DNA of 64,000 nt from a virus, in the IMG/VR virus record IMGVR_UViG_3300036770_006511, positions 1 to 64,000 of that record. One strand, written 5' to 3'. Positions 41,572 through 51,503 of the stretch are shown here, piece by piece (the first letter of the stretch is position 1; each line of letters opens with the position of its first letter). The notes under the pieces are model-generated. The model did not search any database, was not told the DNA's origin, and saw only the letters and a program-made list of their open reading frames with translations. The translations under genes were made by a program, and so were the position numbers.

Positions 41572-42229
41572 AAAACAAAAATTCATATTTGTTGAGGTAG
41601 GTTCTACGGGTTCAACCTCAATAAGAAATGTTTTAAAACGATATCAAGACATTAGATTACAAGTCAAAGAAGGATACCACTATAGTAAAGATAGTCACGG
41701 TAATCCATCACATATTGCTTTGTGGGCTCTTGGCAATAATTTAAATTTAGATGAGTACTACAAATTTGCATTTTTTCGCAATCCTTGGGAGGTTGCTGTC
41801 AGTAAATTCTTTTTTCACAGAGGAAATCATGTTGTAAACAGTCACAAACATCCCGCTGAGGAACGTATACATGGACATTTTTCTTGCGATTTTAATGAAT
41901 GGGCACAAGAGCCAGGTTTTTTAGATACACATTATGAGAGTAAAACAAAAACAATGTGGGATATGGTTGCAAAAGGGGACAAAATTTTAGTTGACGACAT
42001 TTACGATTTTAAAAATTTGTACGACAATTGGGAAATTATTTGTGGAAAAATTGGTATCCAACACCAAAAATTAATCAATAACAAAGACCCTGAAAGTAAT
42101 ATTGTGTGTGGAAAAAAACAAAAAAAACATTATTCCACGTATTATAATGATAAAACTATCCAAATTGTGAGGGAACATTTCGTGAAAGAAATAGAATATT
42201 TTGGATATGAATTTGACGACCAAAGATGA
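41558..42229 (+). CDS. Sulfotransferase family 2-like protein
   Basis: FIFVEVGSTGSTSI (5'-PSB-like), FAFFRNPWEVAVS (3'-PB), HYSTYY..EIEYFGYEF. Confidence 0.7.
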   Translation: MTISEKQKFIFVEVGSTGSTSIRNVLKRYQDIRLQVKEGYHYSKDSHGNPSHIALWALGNNLNLDEYYKFAFFRNPWEVAVSKFFFHRGNHVVNSHKHPAEERIHGHFSCDFNEWAQEPGFLDTHYESKTKTMWDMVAKGDKILVDDIYDFKNLYDNWEIICGKIGIQHQKLINNKDPESNIVCGKKQKKHYSTYYNDKTIQIVREHFVKEIEYFGYEFDDQR

Positions 42230-43056
42230 AAAGTTCAGTAGTAATTTTAACAAAAAATGACAATTACGGAGGTAATTTATCACATAGGGCAAAAATGTGT
42301 GTAAACTCCTTAGTTGAGAATTTTGACGAGGTAGTAATAGTTGATTGGAAAACAAGGGATGGGAAAACTCTTTTGTCCACATTCATTGATGAAGTACCAC
42401 ATATCGGTAAGATAAAAAGTATTGAGGTTAGTAGTGATTTACTGAAAGAAAAATACCCTCAATTCTATAAATGGAATATTTTAGAAGCCGTTGGTAGAAA
42501 CATCGGGATTCGTAGAGCAACTGGAGATTGGATTGCATCCACTAATGTGGACATTGTGACAACACCTTTAGATTTTTCATCCCTAAATCCAAACGAATTT
42601 TATACTTCCTCAAGACGGGATATCGATGAAAATTTTCACAAAGGTTTTCAAAATTATACAGAGTTAAAAACAACTCTATGGAATAATAGGGATAGTTACC
42701 GAGATAAACCCCAAATTCATAATTCTACAGATAAGTGGTCCTTAGTTATTTGTTGTGGTGATTTTCAAGTTGGTTCAAAAGAAATTTGGGAAAAGTCCAA
42801 AGGATTTGAGGAATCGATACTATTTGGTTGTGGAATTGATTCTAATATAATGAAAAAAGCGTCTTACTATTCCGAGATAAAAATATTACCTTACTATCTT
42901 TTTCACCTTAATCATGGAAAAGGGGGGGAAAGATTCGATGGTGAGCAAACACCCCCAATGTCAAATCAAACCAGTGTAATCCAAGATTTTACAATCACAA
43001 CGAATGATGAGAATTGGGGACTTATGAATGAAGATTTTAAAATAGAAATTATATGA
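42226..43056 (+). CDS. GT-A fold putative glycosyltransferase
   Basis: NDNYGG, IVDW, RNIGIRRATGDWIASTNVD, GDFQ, FHLNH. Confidence 0.65.
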   Translation: MKSSVVILTKNDNYGGNLSHRAKMCVNSLVENFDEVVIVDWKTRDGKTLLSTFIDEVPHIGKIKSIEVSSDLLKEKYPQFYKWNILEAVGRNIGIRRATGDWIASTNVDIVTTPLDFSSLNPNEFYTSSRRDIDENFHKGFQNYTELKTTLWNNRDSYRDKPQIHNSTDKWSLVICCGDFQVGSKEIWEKSKGFEESILFGCGIDSNIMKKASYYSEIKILPYYLFHLNHGKGGERFDGEQTPPMSNQTSVIQDFTITTNDENWGLMNEDFKIEII

Positions 43057-43685
43057 AAATTATTATAGTAGGTGGTCAAGCGGGTGCTAAGATTGCAACA
43101 GAAATTTTTACCATAAATTACCCACACGCAGAAATTTTTTACGCAGAAACCTATTGGGTGGATAAGAAGGGGGAACAAATAACTGATGACTATAAAAAAG
43201 TACCTGAACTCATTTCTGATGAAGGATTTGAATATTTCATAGCAACTGGAGACAACCTCCAAAGGTCGGAAATCCATGGGTTTATAAAGTCACAAACTCA
43301 AAAAGAACCAATCAATTGTATTCACCCTTCAGTGGTTGTTTCACCATCTGCAAAAATTGGATTTGGTAACTTGATTTGTCCAACCGCAGTATTACACACT
43401 GATTCTGAAATTGGTAACTGCACGATTGTAAACACAGGTGCTATTGTAGAGCACGATTGTAAAGTAGGAAACTATTCACAAATATCACCCAACGTTACAT
43501 TATGTGGTAGAGTACAGGTTAGTGAATATTGTTTTATTGGTGCATCATCCGTTATTATTCCAGGTAAAATTATTGGTACTAAATCTACCGTTGCTGCAGG
43601 TAGTGTCGTAATTGATTATGTACCTAACAATGTATTAGTTGCTGGTGTACCTGCTAAAATTAAAAAAAATAACTATCAAAAATGA
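43053..43685 (+). CDS. NeuD/PglD-like sugar O/N-acetyltransferase
   Basis: IHPS, hexapeptide repeats, NTGAIVEHDC, VAGVPAK. Confidence 0.88.
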   Translation: MKIIIVGGQAGAKIATEIFTINYPHAEIFYAETYWVDKKGEQITDDYKKVPELISDEGFEYFIATGDNLQRSEIHGFIKSQTQKEPINCIHPSVVVSPSAKIGFGNLICPTAVLHTDSEIGNCTIVNTGAIVEHDCKVGNYSQISPNVTLCGRVQVSEYCFIGASSVIIPGKIIGTKSTVAAGSVVIDYVPNNVLVAGVPAKIKKNNYQK

Positions 43686-44821
43686 TTTATAATATTCCGA
43701 TTTTCAAACTAAACTTTTCTTTGGGTTTTAAATTAAAATTCCTGAAAGGCGCTTGGGATATTCTATCTTCTGATAGACCCTTGGGAGAATCAAAATATGT
43801 CAAAGAGTTCGAGACAAAATTTTCTCAATTAGTTGGTAGTGATTATGCGGTGGCTTGTAGTAACGGGACAACCGCAATCGAATTGGCTCTCAAGTCGATA
43901 AATGTAAAAGGAAAAAAGGTTGTTTGTCCAAGTAATACTTTTTTCGCAACCACCGTCGCAATTGAAAACGCGGGTGGAGAGGTGATATTGGCGGATTGTG
44001 AAAAAGAAACTTTTTCATTGTCATATACACACTTGAAAAAATTAATGTCCGAAAATGAAATCGGCGCGGTAGTAATTGTTCATATTGGGGGAATTATATC
44101 AAAAGACATTTCTAAGATTGTGTCTTTGTGCAAAAAAAACAATATACCCCTAATCGAAGATGCCGCACATGCACAGGGGTCACAAATCGAAAACTTCACA
44201 GCGGGGACCATCGGTGATATTGCATGTTTTTCATTTTTCCCAACCAAAGTTATGACAACAGGTGAAGGGGGTATGGTAACAACCAACAATCCTGACATAT
44301 ATGAATCTGTCAAATCATTGAAAAACTTTGGAAGAGATAACAAAAATGCGGGAATTATTGTCAATCCTGAAGGAAATAACTTCAAGGTCCATGAGTTCAC
44401 TGGGTTGATGGGGTCCCTTGAATGTGATAGAGTTTTAAGTAGGGTGGAAAAGAGAACTCAACTAGTCAAGCAATATCAGAAAAATTTAGAGGGAACTAAG
44501 TTCAAAGTGATTACACAAATTGAAGGTAGATGCTCATATTATAAATGTATTCTTTTATCACCCTATAACACAGATGAATTACGTCAGTGGTGTAAAGAAG
44601 ATAACATAACTCTGACAGGTGAAGTATACCGAATACCCGTACACCACCAACCCCTTTACAAAGAAAAATTTGATTCTTTAGAATTGAAGAACACAAACTA
44701 TATTGCAGATAAACACATCTGTCCTCCACTATATCCTGAGTTGACTTTCGATGAAGTAGATTACATATGTGATGTATTGAAAAATTTTGAATATGAAAAA
44801 CAGAGTCGCAAAGTTAGTTGA
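43682..44821 (+). CDS. DegT/DnrJ/EryC1/StrS PLP aminotransferase
   Basis: SNGTTA, IEDAAHAQG, FSFFPTKVMTTGEGGM. Confidence 0.92.
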   Translation: MIYNIPIFKLNFSLGFKLKFLKGAWDILSSDRPLGESKYVKEFETKFSQLVGSDYAVACSNGTTAIELALKSINVKGKKVVCPSNTFFATTVAIENAGGEVILADCEKETFSLSYTHLKKLMSENEIGAVVIVHIGGIISKDISKIVSLCKKNNIPLIEDAAHAQGSQIENFTAGTIGDIACFSFFPTKVMTTGEGGMVTTNNPDIYESVKSLKNFGRDNKNAGIIVNPEGNNFKVHEFTGLMGSLECDRVLSRVEKRTQLVKQYQKNLEGTKFKVITQIEGRCSYYKCILLSPYNTDELRQWCKEDNITLTGEVYRIPVHHQPLYKEKFDSLELKNTNYIADKHICPPLYPELTFDEVDYICDVLKNFEYEKQSRKVS

Positions 44822-45824
44822 AATACAAAAAATAGAAATTTTCGAAGAAGAAGTCCCAAAACTACAACCTGGACAGATTTTGGTGTCAATGAAGTCCGTC
44901 GGTATATGCGGTTCTGATATGCACTACTTTAAAGAGGGGGGTCTTGGTTCTTTCAAAAACCCATTACCCATGTATATGGGTCATGAACCTGCAGGACAAG
45001 TTGTTGATGCTAATGGTTCACTAAAGTTTAAAGAAGGTGACAGAGTCGCGGTGGAGCCGGGAATGCCGTGTGTCACAAGTTATTGGTCTTTAAAGGGTAA
45101 ACACAATTTATGTGACAAAGGAACATTTATGGGGGCAAACGCACAAGGGGCATTTGCGGATTATGTGATTGTAGATGAACTTCAGTTAGTAAAAATACCT
45201 GAATCAATGTCCTATGATTTGGCATCACTTATGGAACCTTTGGGTGTTTGTCTTCACACAGCAAACTTAATAGAACCCAAATTCACAGAAAGTGCAACAA
45301 TTTTTGGTGCGGGTCCAATCGGATTGAGTATGTTTTCTATACTCAAAAAAATGGGTTTGAAACAAATTTACTTAATTGATAAATTAAAATACCGTGTTGA
45401 TTTTGCAAAAAGTTTTGGTGCAACAGATGCATTTCTCTTAAGTGATGATTATGTGAAAAAAATTAAAAGTGCAACAAATGGATTTGGGACTCATTTGGCT
45501 ATTGATACTGGAGGTACGACAGATTCAATAGATGGATGTATAAACATTTCAGCAGTTAACGGAAGGGTCGCACTTATTGGAATACCCGAGGCTGATTGGG
45601 TAAGTTACAATCCTCACAGAATGAGAACTAAAGAATTGACCATAAAAAATGTGAGAAGGTCTAATCAAACGTTAGACGATTGTGTTCTGAATTACACAGA
45701 TGACACAACTTTCGAAAAAATTGTTACCCACCGTTTTGAGTTTGAAAACATTCAAAAAGCGTTTGAATTAGTTGCACAATACGGTGATAATGTTTTAAAG
45801 GCAATTATAACAAATCATGGCTAA
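44793..45824 (+). CDS. Zn-dependent (sorbitol dehydrogenase-like) MDR dehydrogenase
   Basis: GICGSD, GHE, GDRVAVEP, EPLGV, GAGPIG. Confidence 0.88.
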   Translation: MKNRVAKLVEIQKIEIFEEEVPKLQPGQILVSMKSVGICGSDMHYFKEGGLGSFKNPLPMYMGHEPAGQVVDANGSLKFKEGDRVAVEPGMPCVTSYWSLKGKHNLCDKGTFMGANAQGAFADYVIVDELQLVKIPESMSYDLASLMEPLGVCLHTANLIEPKFTESATIFGAGPIGLSMFSILKKMGLKQIYLIDKLKYRVDFAKSFGATDAFLLSDDYVKKIKSATNGFGTHLAIDTGGTTDSIDGCINISAVNGRVALIGIPEADWVSYNPHRMRTKELTIKNVRRSNQTLDDCVLNYTDDTTFEKIVTHRFEFENIQKAFELVAQYGDNVLKAIITNHG

Positions 45825-46551
45825 AATACAGGTTGTCGATGGGTTTAAATATTCAACCCAAGAAAGAAACGAAGAAATTTTCAATACAATAAGGTGGAAC
45901 ACCAAAGTATTCGATAAAATTTATATTCTATGTGAAAATCTACAATATTTTGAGCATTACTTCCCGTTGCAAAATGACGTAGTTCGTGTTGTGAATACAG
46001 AAAAAAATTCTTTAATTTCGATGCAATATATGTTTGACTTTATAAATCGAAATTCTTTACCTGAGGATATTAAATTTATTTCAAATGTAGATTCAATTTA
46101 TACTGAAAACTTTGTCAATTTTGATGTGGAAGATGATTATGTTTATTCATTCACAAACCGCTCAATGAGAAACCCCAATGTAAATGATGGAAGAGACCAC
46201 AACTCTTATGTCAGAGAAGAAAATGACGGACTGATTTTATTTAATCGGGACGGCATTTTGGATAAAAATTGGTTTATGAGAGATGAGGAAATTAGTACAA
46301 AATATTGGCATTCAGCTGTTTGTGGTTGGGCTTGGAAAAATATAAAACCATTATCTTTTGAAAAGGAATGTTTTCAGTGTTATCCTCAAGCGGAACAATG
46401 TATGATGCATTGTTTTAGAAATAGTGGATACAAACTAAAATCCGCAGCAATAAAATTCCCAACATATCACAATCACGGGTCAAATGAAAAAACCGAAAAT
46501 AACAGACGTAGTGGTATGGGATTCGATGGAAATATAAATGAATTATTATGA
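45817..46551 (+). CDS. Hypothetical protein, possibly glycosyltransferase-related
   Basis: 244-aa ORF in the glycan island; NVDS and YHNH. Confidence 0.5.
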   Translation: MAKIQVVDGFKYSTQERNEEIFNTIRWNTKVFDKIYILCENLQYFEHYFPLQNDVVRVVNTEKNSLISMQYMFDFINRNSLPEDIKFISNVDSIYTENFVNFDVEDDYVYSFTNRSMRNPNVNDGRDHNSYVREENDGLILFNRDGILDKNWFMRDEEISTKYWHSAVCGWAWKNIKPLSFEKECFQCYPQAEQCMMHCFRNSGYKLKSAAIKFPTYHNHGSNEKTENNRRSGMGFDGNINELL

Positions 46552-47483
46552 AAAAATTTATTATTACAACAACAATCAATTCACCAACAGAGGCGACAAT
46601 CAAATTTTGTGAAATCGCCGATAAAAAAAATTTTACTTTTGTTATTATTGGGGACACTAAAACCCCCCACGATGAATACAGAAAATTGGAGGAAAATTAC
46701 CAAAATGTAAAATATCTTTCCCCTGAACAACAAACAGAACTTTATCCCGAATTGTCCGAAATCATTGGGTGGAAAACTATCCAACGTAGAAATATTGGTT
46801 TTGTTTACTCATATGAAAATGGCGCGGATGTGGTTGCTACGGTAGATGACGACAACATTCCATATGATACTTGGGGTGATAATATTATGGTGGGAAACGA
46901 AATGATTGTCGACTTGTATGAAAACATTTCTTGTCCTTATTTCGACGCGATATCGACAACAGAACACAATGAATTATGGCACAGAGGATTTCCAATTGAG
47001 TACCTCCAAGTAAAAAATCACATTGAGTATAAAGGTCAAACTAAAATTACCCCCCTTGTTCAAGCAGAGTTTTGGGATGGTGACCCCGATATTGACGCAA
47101 TTTGTCGACTCAGTAAAAAACCAATCGTGAAGTTCAACAAATTTAAACCTTTTACAACGAATCAACTAACACCTTTTAATTCACAGAACACTTTCTTACA
47201 CAGAAGTGTACTGAAAAATTATTCAGTGTTTCCGTACACAGGTAGAATGGATGATATTTGGGGGGCATATGTCATGCAACACTATCATCCAAATTCAGTA
47301 ATTTTTACTCAGGCGTCAGTTTATCAAGCAAGGAATCCACAAGACCTTGTAAAAAATCTTGAAAATGAAGTTATTGGTTACAGAAATACCCTGAAACTTT
47401 TGGAAAACATAAATGATTATCAAAATATTTTACCCGAACAAACGGTGAAATACTTCGAAATATACAGAAAATACTTTAATTAA
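46548..47483 (+). CDS. STELLO / reversibly-glycosylated-polypeptide (GT75)-like protein
   Basis: IITTTINSPT, IGDTKTP, RRNIGF, VDDDN, WHRGFP, GDPDIDA, FNSQNT, RMDDIWG. Confidence 0.75.
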   Translation: MKKFIITTTINSPTEATIKFCEIADKKNFTFVIIGDTKTPHDEYRKLEENYQNVKYLSPEQQTELYPELSEIIGWKTIQRRNIGFVYSYENGADVVATVDDDNIPYDTWGDNIMVGNEMIVDLYENISCPYFDAISTTEHNELWHRGFPIEYLQVKNHIEYKGQTKITPLVQAEFWDGDPDIDAICRLSKKPIVKFNKFKPFTTNQLTPFNSQNTFLHRSVLKNYSVFPYTGRMDDIWGAYVMQHYHPNSVIFTQASVYQARNPQDLVKNLENEVIGYRNTLKLLENINDYQNILPEQTVKYFEIYRKYFN

Positions 47484-47484
47484 A

Positions 47485-48111
47485 ATGAAACTAGTTTTTG
47501 ACATTGGAGCAAACAGAGGCAGAACTGCAGAAATCTTTCTAAACGACTTCGATAGAGTTATTAGTTTTGAACCGAATCCCGGTTTAGCGGATTTTCTAAA
47601 AAATAGATTCCCAAATCCAAAGTTAATTGTTGATAGAAGAGCAATATCTCATCACAGGGGGTCACAAGAATTCAAACTGGCTAATGTGGATACAATCTCA
47701 ACACTATCAATAGATTGGGTTGAAAATTCAAGATTTACAGGTGAATATCATTGGAATAATTCTATTATTGTTGATACAATAACACTATCAGATGCAATCA
47801 AGGAATATGGTGTACCTGATTATGTGAAAATTGATACGGAAGGGTATGAATACGAAATTCTTACTAACTTTCACGAAATACTTTTTGAAACTTTATTTGC
47901 ATTCGAATGGGCTGAAGAACAGAAAGGAAAAATAGAAAAAATTCTTAATCACTTGTATAATTTAGGTTATACAAACTTTGCCTATACCGAGGGTGACCCA
48001 GTCCTTTATGAAAATCAAATCTCATGGACAAATTTCAATGATTTTCATTTCATACCCATGTTGGATGAAAATCGAAAGAGCCTATGGGGGATGATTTACT
48101 TCAAAAAATAA
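47485..48111 (+). CDS. FkbM-family methyltransferase
   Basis: FDIGANRG, FEPNP, VKIDTEGYE. Confidence 0.85.
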   Translation: MKLVFDIGANRGRTAEIFLNDFDRVISFEPNPGLADFLKNRFPNPKLIVDRRAISHHRGSQEFKLANVDTISTLSIDWVENSRFTGEYHWNNSIIVDTITLSDAIKEYGVPDYVKIDTEGYEYEILTNFHEILFETLFAFEWAEEQKGKIEKILNHLYNLGYTNFAYTEGDPVLYENQISWTNFNDFHFIPMLDENRKSLWGMIYFKK

Positions 48112-48141
48112 AAGATTAAAATATTAATAATAATTTATAAA

Positions 48142-49269
48142 ATGAAAAAAATTGTTGTTTTAGGTGGTGGTGGTTTCATTGGTGGACACCTCGCACACAG
48201 ATTAAAAAATGAAGGTCACTGGGTTAGAATCTGTGACATCAAAAGACATGAATATTGGAATCACGAAGATATCTGTCATGAATTTATTGTAGGTGATTTG
48301 AGAAACCCTGAGGTAGTATCAACCGTCATTGACGATACAATTGATGAAGTGTATCAACTTGCCGCCGATATGGGTGGAGCTGGTTACATTTTTACCGGTG
48401 ATAATGATGCGAATGTTATGCACAACTCGGCATTAATCAATTTGAATGTTGTACATGAATGTGTTAAGAAAAAAGTTGATAAAGTATTTTATTCTTCATC
48501 GGCATGTATGTATCCCGAACATAATCAACTCGACCCAAACAACCCCAATTGTGAAGAGTCCTCCGCTTATCCCGCAAATCCCGATTCTGAATATGGTTGG
48601 GAAAAACTTTTTTCTGAAAGATTATTCTTGGCCTTCAACAGAAACTATGGTTTGAACGTTAGAGTTGCAAGATTTCATAATATTTTTGGCCCTATGGGTA
48701 CTTGGGTTGGAGGAAAGGAGAAGGCTCCCGCAGCAATGTGTAGAAAGGCTGCAGAAGTTGACAACGTGTCCAAGACACCAGGTCAAGAAAAAACCACACC
48801 TGAAATTGAAGTTTGGGGAGATGGTCAACAAACCCGTTCATTCCTTTATGTTGATGAGTGTGTTGAAGCGGTATTGAGGTTGATGGAATCTGATTTCATG
48901 GGACCTGTTAACATAGGTTCGGAAGAAATGGTGACAATCAATGAATTGGCACAAATGGCAATTGATATTTCGCAAAAAGAAATCAAAATTAAAAATTTGG
49001 GTGGTAAAGATTTTCTTGACAAATACGGTTTTAGTTGTCCTGTTGGAGTACGAGGAAGAAACTCGGACAACAAACTCTTTAAAGAAAGAGTAAACTGGGA
49101 GGTTTCTCAACCGCTTCGTATTGGTATGGAAAAAACTTACGAGTGGATTTCACAACAAGTAGAAAAGAAAAAATCTGAAATGGTCTACATTTATGAAAGT
49201 CCTGATGGCGGCAAAACTGTGTATCGAAGAGAATTTGGTAAACCTCATTCTGAAAGGGAAATTGTGTGA
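48142..49269 (+). CDS. GDP-mannose 3,5-epimerase-like SDR with extra C-terminal peptide
   Basis: GGGGFIG, LAADMGGAGYI, YSSSACMYP, YGWEK, RFHNIFGP, KAPAAMCRK, GVRGRNSDN. Confidence 0.88.
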   Translation: MKKIVVLGGGGFIGGHLAHRLKNEGHWVRICDIKRHEYWNHEDICHEFIVGDLRNPEVVSTVIDDTIDEVYQLAADMGGAGYIFTGDNDANVMHNSALINLNVVHECVKKKVDKVFYSSSACMYPEHNQLDPNNPNCEESSAYPANPDSEYGWEKLFSERLFLAFNRNYGLNVRVARFHNIFGPMGTWVGGKEKAPAAMCRKAAEVDNVSKTPGQEKTTPEIEVWGDGQQTRSFLYVDECVEAVLRLMESDFMGPVNIGSEEMVTINELAQMAIDISQKEIKIKNLGGKDFLDKYGFSCPVGVRGRNSDNKLFKERVNWEVSQPLRIGMEKTYEWISQQVEKKKSEMVYIYESPDGGKTVYRREFGKPHSEREIV

Positions 49270-49706
49270 TTAAACACTTCATTTCACACAGAGGAAACAT
49301 AGATGGGCGAGTTGTTAATTCCGAAAACTCTCCTGACTACATTTCTTTTGCCTTGGATAAAGGCTACGAGGTAGAAATTGATGTGTGGTTCGTCGATGAT
49401 TCATATTATTTGGGTCACGACGAACCACTTTATTTAGTAAAAGAATCTTTTTTGGAAAATGAAAAATTTTGGTGTCACGCTAAAAACGAAGAATCTTTTT
49501 TTCGTATGTTACAAAACCCCAACATCCATTGTTTTTGGCATCAAAATGATGATTATACTTTAACCTCTAAGGGAATTCCTTGGGTATATCCAGGAAAAAA
49601 AGTTTTTGAAAACTCTATATGGGTTTTACCTGAAAAAACCACTTACAAATATATTAAATTAAATTGTCTCGGGATTTGCTCGGATAACATTTCTTTGTAC
49701 AAATGA
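49266..49706 (+). CDS. PLC/GDPD-like phosphodiesterase-fold protein
   Basis: ISHRGN, EN, VEIDVW, LGHD, HAKN, GICSD. Confidence 0.7.
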   Translation: MIKHFISHRGNIDGRVVNSENSPDYISFALDKGYEVEIDVWFVDDSYYLGHDEPLYLVKESFLENEKFWCHAKNEESFFRMLQNPNIHCFWHQNDDYTLTSKGIPWVYPGKKVFENSIWVLPEKTTYKYIKLNCLGICSDNISLYK

Positions 49707-51067
49707 TAAAACTTATTATTTTTGATTTAGATGGGGTGTTAATTGAAGCCAAACACCTACACTATGAAGCACTTAATGATGCATTAAACTTACACTCAAA
49801 AGATTGTGTAATCTCTTGGAATGAACATCTTTCAAAGTATGATGGTTTGAAGACAAAACAAAAACTTGATATGTTGACTAAAGAAAAAGGTTTGGTTGAA
49901 AATCTTCATAGTTTAATTTGGGAAGAAAAACAAAGAATTACCAACGAAAAACTAAAAAATATCATTCCCAATTCCAATTTGTCTCAACTTCTAAAAAAAC
50001 TGTCCGACGATGGTTTTAAAATTGCTTGTTGTAGTAACTCAATAAGAAAAACCGTACTAACAGTTTTATCTAAATTAGACATTATAGAGTATTTTGACCA
50101 GATATTATCTAACGAAGATGTAAAAAACAGCAAACCACATCCTGAGATTTATTGGAAAGTTATTTCAGATATGGGTGTTATTGCAGATGAAACTTTGATT
50201 ATTGAGGATTCCCCTTATGGATTGTTGGCTGCGGCAAGAACTCATGCACCAATTCTAAGAGTAAAGTCCCCCAAAGAAGTTACGGTAGAAAATGTCTATG
50301 AGAAATTAAATCAACTTAATACAAAATTCAAAATGAAAAAACCAAAATGGATTGATGAGAAACTCAACATACTAATACCAATGGCCGGTGCTGGTTCTCG
50401 TTTCGAAAAGGCAGGTTACACCTTTCCCAAACCACTTATTGAAGTTGAAGGTGACCCTATGATTAAAGTTGTTACTGAAAATTTAAATATCAAAGCAAAT
50501 TACATTTACATAGTTCAAAAGTCACATAGAGAAAAATATAATTTAGATACTCTTTTGAATCTAATTTCCCCCAACTGTAAGATTGTTGAGGTGGATGGAT
50601 TAACTGAGGGTGCGGCAAGTACTACACTTTTAGCCAAAGAATATATCAACAATGATTATCCTTTGGTTATGGCAAATTCTGACCAATTCATCGAATGGGA
50701 CTCAAATGAATTCATGTACAAAATGTCTGAAACTGATTGTGATGGGGGGATTGTGACCTTTATATCTACACACCCTAAATGGTCTTTTGCTAAGGTGAAT
50801 GAAAATGGATTGGTGACTGAGGTTGCAGAAAAAAATCCCATCTCTGATATTGCCACTGTTGGAGTTTATTATTGGAAAAAAGGGTCGGATTATGTTAAGT
50901 ATGCAGAGCAAATGATTGAAAAAAATTTACGAGTTAATAATGAATTTTATGTTTGTCCTGTTTTTAATGAGGCAATTTCAGATGGTAAAGAAATCAGAAC
51001 ATTTGAAATATCCAAAATGTGGGGATTAGGAACTCCCGAGGACTTATCGACATATTTAAATCGCTAA
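49703..51067 (+). CDS. HAD phosphatase fused to sugar-phosphate nucleotidyltransferase
   Basis: FDLDGVL, KPHPEIY, IEDS; then IPMAGAGSRF..PKPLI, GLGTPEDL. Confidence 0.85.
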   Translation: MIKLIIFDLDGVLIEAKHLHYEALNDALNLHSKDCVISWNEHLSKYDGLKTKQKLDMLTKEKGLVENLHSLIWEEKQRITNEKLKNIIPNSNLSQLLKKLSDDGFKIACCSNSIRKTVLTVLSKLDIIEYFDQILSNEDVKNSKPHPEIYWKVISDMGVIADETLIIEDSPYGLLAAARTHAPILRVKSPKEVTVENVYEKLNQLNTKFKMKKPKWIDEKLNILIPMAGAGSRFEKAGYTFPKPLIEVEGDPMIKVVTENLNIKANYIYIVQKSHREKYNLDTLLNLISPNCKIVEVDGLTEGAASTTLLAKEYINNDYPLVMANSDQFIEWDSNEFMYKMSETDCDGGIVTFISTHPKWSFAKVNENGLVTEVAEKNPISDIATVGVYYWKKGSDYVKYAEQMIEKNLRVNNEFYVCPVFNEAISDGKEIRTFEISKMWGLGTPEDLSTYLNR

Positions 51068-51113
51068 ATGTTTTTTTTCCTCAAAATACAACTATTTTGA
51101 AGAAAAAAACTAT

Positions 51114-51500
51114 ATGATAAGAATCCCTGTAAGTGTTGGAGAATTGTTGGACAAACTTTCCATTTTACACATCAAAAAAATCAAAATTCAAAACTCTGAA
51201 AAACTTCAGAAGATAGAAAAAGAGTTTAATTTATTAAACGAAATATCCACCCAATATTTGGGTGTAAAAGATTTTTTCAATCTCTATGATGATTTGATTA
51301 GAGTGAATTCTAAGTTGTGGGATGTTGAGGATAAATTACGAGTACACGAAAAAAACAAATCTTTTAATGAAGAGTTTATATCACTTGCCCGAGAGGTGTA
51401 TCATACTAACGATGAAAGATTTGAAATCAAAAATAAAATTAATCTTTTGACTAACTCTGAAATTCAAGAACAGAAAAGTTATGAAGATTACAAAAATTAA
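51114..51500 (+). CDS. Conserved hypothetical protein (DUF6165-like)
   Basis: PVSVGELLDKLSIL, LWDVEDKLR, LAREVYHTNDER, EQKSY. Confidence 0.7.
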   Translation: MIRIPVSVGELLDKLSILHIKKIKIQNSEKLQKIEKEFNLLNEISTQYLGVKDFFNLYDDLIRVNSKLWDVEDKLRVHEKNKSFNEEFISLAREVYHTNDERFEIKNKINLLTNSEIQEQKSYEDYKN

Positions 51501-51503
51501 TAT

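Noticed and set aside
31136-51067. Cellular LPS/capsule locus or chimeric contig
   Set aside because: No flippase, polymerase or export genes; interleaved with exonuclease, dUTPase and phoH and flanked by phage structural genes with the same start-site style
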